This document shows positions 39,464 to 46,442 of a stretch of DNA of 51,494 nucleotides, piece after piece; position 1 is the stretch's first letter; the number at the start of each line of letters is the position of its first letter. Position numbers and translations under genes: made by a program. Below the pieces are notes generated by a model. The model searched no databases, was not told the origin of the DNA, and worked only from the letters and a program-made list of their open reading frames with translations. Source of the stretch: a virus. The stretch lies in the IMG/VR virus record IMGVR_UViG_3300045988_113183; one strand, given 5' to 3'.

Positions 39464-39712
39464 GTGGGAAATGTGCCCGAATCTGGATACTACAATACCG
39501 ACCAAGCTGCTGAGGTTCTGGGCGTTCACCGTTCTAGGGTGCTTCAGCTCCGTAGGGAGGGCAAGCTCACTGCCTACACTCGTGGTGAGAAGGGAAGCAA
39601 GAGCAGACTGTATTTCAGGGCCGAGGATTTGGAGTATTACAAGCTCCATAAGGATGACCCCAAGCCGTTAGAACCTCTGCACCCGGTGGGTGTGGATAAG
39701 AACACCGCTTGA
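39464..39712 (+). CDS. MerR/excisionase-type HTH protein (possible Xis or regulator)
   Basis: YNTDQAAEVLGVHRSRVLQLRREGKL is HTH_17-like. The likely start is GTG 39473, after an AGGAGGTG RBS. Confidence 0.6.
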   Translation: MGNVPESGYYNTDQAAEVLGVHRSRVLQLRREGKLTAYTRGEKGSKSRLYFRAEDLEYYKLHKDDPKPLEPLHPVGVDKNTA

Positions 39713-39738
39713 TGTTTGAAAAGTAGGAGGAAACGAAA

Positions 39739-40038
39739 ATGCGTAGGTTTATGCGGAAGATCGAATGTCTGGCTGTGGCCTCTCTGGCTCTGGTCGGAGC
39801 CGGTCAGGTCGTGGTCTGGATGTCCCAAGGAGTTACAAAAGCTCTGGTTGCGTGGGGCAACTGGGAAGCCGCCGAGGCTTCCAGTGCTGCACCGTGGATT
39901 CTGTTTGCGGTTGCAAGTGGTCTGGCCCTTTCCCTGCATGGCCTGTATGAGGACAACAAGCGGCATACAAAGGGCAGCCCCTATGGGCGTATTGAGAACA
40001 GCCGTTCTCGCCGCGATGAGAGCCGGAAGGTGGGCTGA
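39739..40038 (+). CDS. Membrane protein
   Basis: Two hydrophobic segments. AGGAGG RBS. Confidence 0.6.
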   Translation: MRRFMRKIECLAVASLALVGAGQVVVWMSQGVTKALVAWGNWEAAEASSAAPWILFAVASGLALSLHGLYEDNKRHTKGSPYGRIENSRSRRDESRKVG

Positions 40039-40041
40039 ACC

Positions 40042-40188
40042 ATGAACGAGATGTACAGTGTGGCTCTTGATGGCTTCGGGCCGTCTCTTGAGCCGCCGGA
40101 GGGCTATTACTTTATGACTGATGCTCAGATGGCCGAAGAGGCCGAGCATGAAGCCATGGAAAACGAGGAGGATTACGATGACGAATGA
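40042..40188 (+). CDS. 48-aa acidic peptide
   Basis: ORF not in the provided track. Overlaps the start of the next gene. Confidence 0.4.
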   Translation: MNEMYSVALDGFGPSLEPPEGYYFMTDAQMAEEAEHEAMENEEDYDDE

Positions 40189-41113
40189 ACTGACCGTCCG
40201 GGTGCAAAGCCCGGTCATTCCGGCTATGAGCTGGAACGAAGAGGAGGTCCAGAAGAACCTCGACGAAATGCTGGAGGCCTACACTGGCCGGATCTATACC
40301 CCTGAAACCATCAAGGGAGCCAAAGAAGATCGTGCCAAGGTCAATGCGTGGAACAAACAGCTGGGCGCATCTCTGACCGCCGCAAAGAAGCTGTACATGA
40401 AGCCTCTGGAGGACTTTCAGGGCAGCATCAAGAAGATGCAGGCCCAGTGTGCACAGGTGTCCGGGGCCATTGATACACAGGTGAAAGCTGTGGAGCAGGC
40501 TGAGAGGGAGGAAAAAGCCTCCAGCCTGCGTTTGGTCTACCGTGACAGCATCGGTGAGCTGGAGCCGCTCATTCCGTTCGAGCGGTTGCTGGTTCCGCAG
40601 TGGCTCAACAAGACCTATGACCTGAGCAAGGCCACAAAAGACCTGCGGCAGGCCATTGAGAATTTCAGGAGTGACATTGAAACCATTCGGTATACCTGTG
40701 GGGAGGATGTGGAAGCCTGCACCACAGAATACCTGAAAGACCTGAATCTCAATGAAGCTATGAATGAGCATAAATCACGCCAGAAGTCTCGCGCAGCTCA
40801 GCGCGAAGCTGAGGCGGCCAGAATTGCCGCAGAACGTGCCCGTGCTGCTGCTCCTGTCTTTGTGCAGCCCACCGATGAGGAACGCGAAATGAAGGCTCGC
40901 GCGGCTGCTGCAACGCAAGCCAAGATGTTTGTTACTTCCGAAGGCCGACTGGATTTTGGAGCCATGCAGGAGGCCGCCGCTGAGCAGCTTGAGCCTGCTG
41001 CAGAACCTGAGCGCAACCGTTACCGCTTCTGGGTTGAGTTTACCCAGCAGGACATTGAATGGTTCAAAAAGGGAGCCGCTGAGCGCGGTTTCCGTTTTGG
41101 CCCCATCAAATAA
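40178..41113 (+). CDS. DUF1351-like protein (RecT-associated)
   Basis: N-terminal MTNELTV ... P ... NEEEVQKNLDEMLEAYTG pattern. Lies upstream of recT. Confidence 0.6.
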   Translation: MTNELTVRVQSPVIPAMSWNEEEVQKNLDEMLEAYTGRIYTPETIKGAKEDRAKVNAWNKQLGASLTAAKKLYMKPLEDFQGSIKKMQAQCAQVSGAIDTQVKAVEQAEREEKASSLRLVYRDSIGELEPLIPFERLLVPQWLNKTYDLSKATKDLRQAIENFRSDIETIRYTCGEDVEACTTEYLKDLNLNEAMNEHKSRQKSRAAQREAEAARIAAERARAAAPVFVQPTDEEREMKARAAAATQAKMFVTSEGRLDFGAMQEAAAEQLEPAAEPERNRYRFWVEFTQQDIEWFKKGAAERGFRFGPIK

Positions 41114-41140
41114 TTTTCATTTTATGGGAGGATAAAAACA

Positions 41141-41971
41141 ATGGGATTTACTTCAAGAACTGGGGCCGCTGCCCCTACCACCGCCACCACGCAGGGCCGC
41201 TCCTTTGTCACTCAGGCAAAGCAGAGCGAAGCTTTGCAGCCTGTCGATTCGTCTGTGCCCGTGGAAATTGATGCCATGGACGGCCAGCACCTCACCGTCA
41301 CCTTTGATGATGTGCGAAACTTCATCTGCAAGGAAGCTACCATCGCCGAGTGCCGTATCTTCCTTGAGACGTGCAAGCAGTACCACCTAAACCCCTTCAC
41401 CAAGGAAGCCTACCTCATCCACTACGACAACAAGAACGGCGATACCGCCAGCACCATTGTTCTGGGCAAGACTTGCTACATGAAGATGGCAGAGGCGCAC
41501 CCGCAGTATGATGGCTTTGAGGCCGGCATCATTGTTGTCGATGAAGCTGCTGGAGAGCTGATTCATCGTGAAGGCTCTATCGTCTATCAGGGCGAAACTC
41601 TGGTTGGAGGCTGGGCCAAAACCTACCGCAAAGACCGCTCCCGCCCGTTCTATGAGGAGGTAAACTTCAGCGAGTATGACACCAAAAAATCCCTGTGGGT
41701 GACCAAGCCTGCGACTATGATTCGCAAGGTCGCTCTGGTCCATACCCTGCGTGAAGCCTTCCCCGCTACCTTTGGCGGCCTGATTGACGAGAGCGAGGTT
41801 CCCGTGGATGCAGAGGCAGATTTCCGGGAAATCTCCCCCGATGAGGCCTCTGCACCTACCCGTCGCCGCATCCAGAAGCCCAAGAAGGAAGAGCCTGCCC
41901 CGTTGGCCGTTGAGGGTGAAGAAGTCGAGGGCGACCCGTTCGCCGTCCCGGTTGGAGGTGATGAGAAGTGA
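41141..41971 (+). CDS. recT: RecT/Bet-family single-strand annealing recombinase
   Basis: CRIFLETCKQYHLNPFTKEAYLI ... GKTCYMKMAEAHPQYDG ... motifs. Confidence 0.85.
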   Translation: MGFTSRTGAAAPTTATTQGRSFVTQAKQSEALQPVDSSVPVEIDAMDGQHLTVTFDDVRNFICKEATIAECRIFLETCKQYHLNPFTKEAYLIHYDNKNGDTASTIVLGKTCYMKMAEAHPQYDGFEAGIIVVDEAAGELIHREGSIVYQGETLVGGWAKTYRKDRSRPFYEEVNFSEYDTKKSLWVTKPATMIRKVALVHTLREAFPATFGGLIDESEVPVDAEADFREISPDEASAPTRRRIQKPKKEEPAPLAVEGEEVEGDPFAVPVGGDEK

Positions 41972-42510
41972 TCGCCAGAAAGACGACCGGCACTCTGGTC
42001 TCCGGCACTCTCTCCCGTGACCCTGAGTTGAAGGAAACCCGGAACGGCAATTCTTTCCTGAGCCTGAGCGTCAAGGCCCACAGCGTCAAGGATGAATCCG
42101 GCAAGTGGAACAGCATCTTCGTGGAGTGCTGCCTCTGGAGGGATTTGGACAAGTGGGACGGGCTGCTGCAGAAGGGCGACTTCGTAGAGGTTTTTGGCCG
42201 GGAGCTGAAAACCCATGAATCCAACGGCAAGACCTACTACAACCTCGATGCCGACGGCATCATCGTGGATGGTCTCGTTACTGCCCGGTGGGTGCAGATT
42301 GCCATTGACCTGATGCAGCCGCCTGTTTCTGAACCTTCGGCAGACCGTTCCACCGATGATAGCGGGCAGATTCCCACAGAGAACGAATTGCAGCCGTCCA
42401 CAAACGATTTTCAGAACGAAGCAGTAAACTTACCCTCTTATCCTGAAAGACCGTTCACAGAGGATGAATGCCGCATCATTGAAAGCGACGAGAATGATGT
42501 TCCGTTCTGA
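41968..42510 (+). CDS. ssb: Single-stranded DNA-binding protein
   Basis: OB-fold-like N-terminus. Acidic tail ending DENDVPF. Confidence 0.8.
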   Translation: MIARKTTGTLVSGTLSRDPELKETRNGNSFLSLSVKAHSVKDESGKWNSIFVECCLWRDLDKWDGLLQKGDFVEVFGRELKTHESNGKTYYNLDADGIIVDGLVTARWVQIAIDLMQPPVSEPSADRSTDDSGQIPTENELQPSTNDFQNEAVNLPSYPERPFTEDECRIIESDENDVPF

Positions 42511-42539
42511 TTCTCCAGTCGCAGAAAGGAGGTGGGCCG

Positions 42540-43355
42540 ATGGCGGGCGAAATTGAGAATGACCGCCCAAAGGGATTGCTGATTCTGTTTACCTCATTCA
42601 AGTTGCTGAACATTCTGGACGATAAAGCATTTCGCCACGTCATAACGGCAATGGCCGCCTATGTTGAGAAGGGCGAGGAACCTGAAGGGCTGGAGCCCAT
42701 TGAGCAACTTGCCTTTGAATCTCAGAGGGAAGCTCTTGATGGAAACATCCAGACCTACCGCAAGACTGCTGCTGCAAACCGTGAAAATGGGCGCAAGGGT
42801 GGAAGGCCAAGAAAACCCAAAGAAACCGATGGGTTTTCAAAAGAAGCCGAAAAAACCGATTGGTTTTCTGAAAAACCCATGGAAACCCAAACAAAACCCA
42901 ACGAAACCCGTGAAAACCAAAAATTAAGAATTAAGAATTACTCTGATACTAACGTATCAGATAATGTTGTAGTAGTTAAGGGGAATTCGGTTGACGAAGA
43001 CCTTGCAAGGATAGTCCAGCACTATCAGGAGGTCGTTGGGGATTTTCCGAGGTCGGCGCTGGAGAAGCTGCAAAGCTGGAGACAAACGTTCACCACTGAG
43101 ATGATTCTATTAGCGATTGACAGGGCTGCTGAGGCAAACAGGCGGTCGTGGGCGTACATCAATGGCATCTTGATGAACTGGCACCGGGATAATGTTCACA
43201 CTCCCGGCGGCGTGGCTGCCCTTGATGAACGGCACCAGAGCCGCCAGCAACAAGGCAACCGGGCTGGAAACGCCCGGAAGCCTGCTGAGGATGTAGGAAG
43301 CCAGCTCGACCGCGTACTGTCAAAGATGGACAAGGAAAGAGGGTTTGAACCGTGA
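42540..43355 (+). CDS. Replisome organiser (N-terminal domain plus DnaD/DnaB_2-like C-terminal domain)
   Basis: MILLAIDRAAEANRRSWAYINGILMNWH is the DnaD-domain signature. Iterons lie in the linker. Confidence 0.75.
   Translation: MAGEIENDRPKGLLILFTSFKLLNILDDKAFRHVITAMAAYVEKGEEPEGLEPIEQLAFESQREALDGNIQTYRKTAAANRENGRKGGRPRKPKETDGFSKEAEKTDWFSEKPMETQTKPNETRENQKLRIKNYSDTNVSDNVVVVKGNSVDEDLARIVQHYQEVVGDFPRSALEKLQSWRQTFTTEMILLAIDRAAEANRRSWAYINGILMNWHRDNVHTPGGVAALDERHQSRQQQGNRAGNARKPAEDVGSQLDRVLSKMDKERGFEP
42811..42980 (+). repeat. Candidate origin of replication: at least 8 iterons (G)AAAACC(C/G) plus an AT-rich TTAAGAA repeat and a small palindrome
   Basis: Iterons start at 42811, 42822, 42850, 42870, 42881, 42893, 42903 and 42912. 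TTAAGAATTAAGAATTA follows. GATACTAACGTATC palindrome. Confidence 0.6.
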
Positions 43356-43930
43356 CAAAAGAAGATGCCGCAAAGTTGATTCAGATGAACTTCGCTCTGT
43401 ATAAGCTCGGCTCAAAGCCCCTGACCGATGCCGAGATGGAGATCATGTTGGATGTCTGGACGTACCAGCTCCGGGACTATCCCGGCGAGGTGGTCAAAAG
43501 GGCTTTTCTGGCCGCGAACAGGGTGTGTAAGTTCCCCATCACCGTGGCTGACATCTTCGACCAGCTAACGCAGACCATCAACCCGGACGCTGAGTGGTCC
43601 GTTCTGGCAGATGCCGCCCATAAGGCGCAGAAGTACATCAGCTGGCGCAACTGGCCGATGGTAGTAGGGATGGACGAGCACGGCGGCCTGATACGGAGCG
43701 ATGGCACAGAAGAGCTGAAGCAGACGTTCGAGAATCTGCCCCCGGCAGCCAAAAAGTATGTAGGCAGCGTTGGAGGGCTGGAAGAGCTGGCCCGAACGCC
43801 TGACCTTACATACAGGCGGCTGGAATTCCTGAAGCAGGCGCAGGGTGATATTTCTACTACGCCGAGGGAGGCTGCCCGCCTGAGAGCCGGGGCCACCCCG
43901 GCCAGACTGGAGGTAGCCAATGGGCAGTAA
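43352..43930 (+). CDS. Replication-associated protein (possible helicase loader, G39P-like)
   Basis: Position after the organiser gene. Weak recollection of similarity at the N-terminus. Confidence 0.35.
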   Translation: MTKEDAAKLIQMNFALYKLGSKPLTDAEMEIMLDVWTYQLRDYPGEVVKRAFLAANRVCKFPITVADIFDQLTQTINPDAEWSVLADAAHKAQKYISWRNWPMVVGMDEHGGLIRSDGTEELKQTFENLPPAAKKYVGSVGGLEELARTPDLTYRRLEFLKQAQGDISTTPREAARLRAGATPARLEVANGQ

Positions 43931-44108
43931 ATTCAGGGTTTTGGTGGAGTGCCGCAACGAAGGCGGCACAGACCTCCACTGCTGGGATAATGTGCGGGCA
44001 GACAACGAGAAGGCCGCTGAGCACAAGGCTGTGGAGATGGCCAGAAGGTATTACCCGGAATTTGATGAGTTCGAGCCTGTGCGGGTCGAACCATCCCGGT
44101 GGAGGTGA
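43920..44108 (+). CDS. Hypothetical protein
   Basis: ORF overlapping the upstream stop. Confidence 0.6.
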   Translation: MGSKFRVLVECRNEGGTDLHCWDNVRADNEKAAEHKAVEMARRYYPEFDEFEPVRVEPSRWR

Positions 44109-44114
44109 TGGGCG

Positions 44115-44393
44115 ATGGAAATTGAGCAGCTTTCATTCTTCTCCCTTCCCGCGCATCCCGCCGTGGCGGTCTACTGTATGGATGGCCGCAGCTTTCCTGC
44201 TGAGCCTGCGGAAGGCTGGATGCAGAGACTCGTGAGCGGCGCAGAGTATTTCGTTCTGGTCGGAGGGCACCAAATGGCGCTCAGACCAACTCAGAGGCCC
44301 GCGGGAGGCATTCCAGCCGGTCACGAGTATTATCACTACTCCGTAGGCAAAAAGCTCTACGCAGGCACTTTTGTGGGGAGGGACAGCGCGTGA
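44115..44393 (+). CDS. Hypothetical protein
   Basis: ORF in the operon. Confidence 0.6.
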   Translation: MEIEQLSFFSLPAHPAVAVYCMDGRSFPAEPAEGWMQRLVSGAEYFVLVGGHQMALRPTQRPAGGIPAGHEYYHYSVGKKLYAGTFVGRDSA

Positions 44394-44395
44394 CC

Positions 44396-44557
44396 ATGAC
44401 GTACAAAATCACCTTTGCCGACCTCGGCTGGTATGAGGTGCAAGCTGAGAGCCGGGGAGATGCTGCTGCCAAGGCGCTTTACGCAGCTCAGAGATTTCAC
44501 CCTGAGCTGCTAGGCGGAGGACTGAGAATCGAGAGAGTGGAGGTTTTAGAAAAATGA
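44396..44557 (+). CDS. Hypothetical 53-aa protein
   Basis: ORF not in the provided track. ATGA overlap with the next gene. Confidence 0.45.
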   Translation: MTYKITFADLGWYEVQAESRGDAAAKALYAAQRFHPELLGGGLRIERVEVLEK

Positions 44558-44886
44558 GTTTCGCACTTATTCCCGATGGGGAGGGCGGCTTTGAAGCCTA
44601 CGACGAGGCCTATAACGTCGTTATCTTCTGCCGGAACGAGCAGGAGCAGCGGCGGGCCGAGAAACGGCTGGAGACCGCAAACCGTATGCGCTGGCGTGAT
44701 GCTGAATCCGACCCGCCGGACGACAACCGGGAGGTTATCGTGTACCGGCCCGGTGTTGGTTCCACGATGGGAATTTTTGACCACGAAATCCACAAAAGAT
44801 GGCTTGATGCCAACACGTTCATGTTTTTGGAGGGCGTAACGCACTGGATGGAGCAGCCTGAACCGCCGGAAGGAGTTGCTGAGTGA
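44554..44886 (+). CDS. DUF551-like protein
   Basis: W ... SDPPDDNREVIV ... VTHWMEQPEPP pattern. Confidence 0.6.
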   Translation: MSFALIPDGEGGFEAYDEAYNVVIFCRNEQEQRRAEKRLETANRMRWRDAESDPPDDNREVIVYRPGVGSTMGIFDHEIHKRWLDANTFMFLEGVTHWMEQPEPPEGVAE

Positions 44887-45534
44887 AAGTTCTGATAGCT
44901 TGCGAGGAGAGTCAAGAGGTTTGCAAGGCTTTCCGAGCACGAGGACACGAGGCGTACTCCTGCGATATTCAGGAGCCGTCCGGCGGACACCCTGAATGGC
45001 ACATCCTCGGCGATGCTTTGTTGCCCCTGAGGGGGGGGGCAAGTCGAGACGATGGATGATAAAGGGCATTATATCGATGCTTGGGACTTGCTCATTGCAC
45101 ACCCGCCTTGCACATACCTGAGCAATGCCGGAGCACGGCATCTCTGGAAAGGGCACCAGCTTCAAGCTGACCGCGTGATGTTGGGCATTCAGGGCCGCGA
45201 CCTGTTTATGCGGTTCTGGTGGGCAGATGTTCCGAGAATCTGCGTGGAAAATCCCGTGCCGAGTAAGGTTTTCTGCCTACCGCCGTATACGCAAGCTGTG
45301 CAACCGTATGAGTATGGACACCCATACAGCAAGAAAACTTGCCTTTGGCTGAAGGCTCTGCCACCACTATTCCCAACCGACATTGTGGAGCCTGTGGCTA
45401 CATGGTGCCCGTCCGGCTCTTACGCACATAAGCATGATGAGCGCAACAAGGGTATGTTTACCACCGACCGCGCTAAAAATCGAGCAAAAACATTCCCCGG
45501 AATTGCGAAAGCTATGTCTGAGCAGTGGGGATAA
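44883..45534 (+). pseudogene. C5-cytosine-methyltransferase-like gene split by a G9 homopolymer frameshift (ORFs 44883-45059 and 45052-45534)
   Basis: The N-terminal part (VKVLIACEESQEVCKAFRARGHEAYSCD ... GDALLPLRGG) ends in the G-run. The downstream frame has WDLLIAHPPCTYLS and ICVENP. A G8 tract would fuse them in frame. Confidence 0.6.
45031..45039 (+). repeat. Poly-G tract (G9)
   Basis: Counted directly: positions 45031-45039 are all G. Confidence 0.95.
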
Positions 45535-45550
45535 CAGGGGGAAAAGAACA

Positions 45551-45874
45551 ATGGGTAAATTCGGGAGCCGCCCGCCGCACGGGAAAGCGGCGATGACCAC
45601 CAATATGAGAAAGATCATGCGTCAGAATCAGCTCTGCGGCTTCATCATGGCTCTGGATGGTATTGCCGGGACATGGGGTGCGCTGATTCAGAACCTGCGG
45701 TGTGAGCTTGGCCTGACCGATGAGCAGGTGCAGAAGCTTATCCGCATTGGCGACCGTTATTGGGAGATGGTCGGAGAGTTCAAGAACGAGGGCATGGCCC
45801 CTGAAGAATTTGCCGAATATATCGTCGGCAAGTCTGAGCAGGTCGAAAAGGACTTACGGGAGATGTGGAAATGA
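45551..45874 (+). CDS. Hypothetical protein
   Basis: ATG 45551 within a longer open frame. Confidence 0.6.
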   Translation: MGKFGSRPPHGKAAMTTNMRKIMRQNQLCGFIMALDGIAGTWGALIQNLRCELGLTDEQVQKLIRIGDRYWEMVGEFKNEGMAPEEFAEYIVGKSEQVEKDLREMWK

Positions 45875-46107
45875 TGGACTGCTCAACGTGTAAGGCGCGG
45901 TCAAAGTGTCCCGGAGATGTAGCCCCCGGATCGAACCTCTGCTTTTTGTACGGGTTTCTCCACGGCGGGGAGCCTGAAGCTCAACCCCCGGAGGCTATCA
46001 AGGTACGGCCCTACTACTGCCCCTACTGCGGCCACGTCCTGAAGATTATCGGCACTCAGCGGTTTTGTAACAACGTCAGGTGTCTCAACCGCTACCAGCC
46101 TATGTAG
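45865..46107 (+). CDS. Zinc-ribbon protein
   Basis: CSTC ... and CPYCG ... C ... C cysteine pairs. Confidence 0.55.
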   Translation: MEMMDCSTCKARSKCPGDVAPGSNLCFLYGFLHGGEPEAQPPEAIKVRPYYCPYCGHVLKIIGTQRFCNNVRCLNRYQPM

Positions 46108-46136
46108 GTCAAAGTTTACGAGAGGATGAAAACACG

Positions 46137-46442
46137 ATGGACAGAATTTTTTGTACAAGGCTCAAGGCTGCCCGCACTGCTGCTGGCCTGAGCCAGAGAG
46201 AGCTTGCGTACAGGGTGGGAACCGACCAGAATGTCGTGGCCCTGTACGAGAGCGGCGGGACAACGCCGGGGATTGAGGGCATCCGGCGCTTTGCTGAGGC
46301 GCTGAATGTACCGGCCTCTTACCTTGTTGACCGCACCCCGCCCAACTTTGTGGCGGTTTGCCCCTGCTGCGGGGTACAGCTTAAAATTGACGGAGGGAGG
46401 GTTTACCATGGATTACAGGGAGTTTCTGGAGCGGAAAATTGA
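46137..46442 (+). CDS. XRE-family HTH regulator with C-terminal CxxC
   Basis: LKAARTAAGLSQRELAYRVGTDQNVVALYESG is HTH_3-like. Confidence 0.7.
   Translation: MDRIFCTRLKAARTAAGLSQRELAYRVGTDQNVVALYESGGTTPGIEGIRRFAEALNVPASYLVDRTPPNFVAVCPCCGVQLKIDGGRVYHGLQGVSGAEN

Noticed and set aside
42811-42940. Short regularly spaced repeats that could superficially suggest a CRISPR-like or tandem-repeat array.
   Set aside because: The units are only 7-9 nt, spaced roughly a helical turn apart in most cases, lie inside a coding linker and are followed by an AT-rich tract. This fits replication-origin iterons. No CRISPR array is present anywhere in the window.
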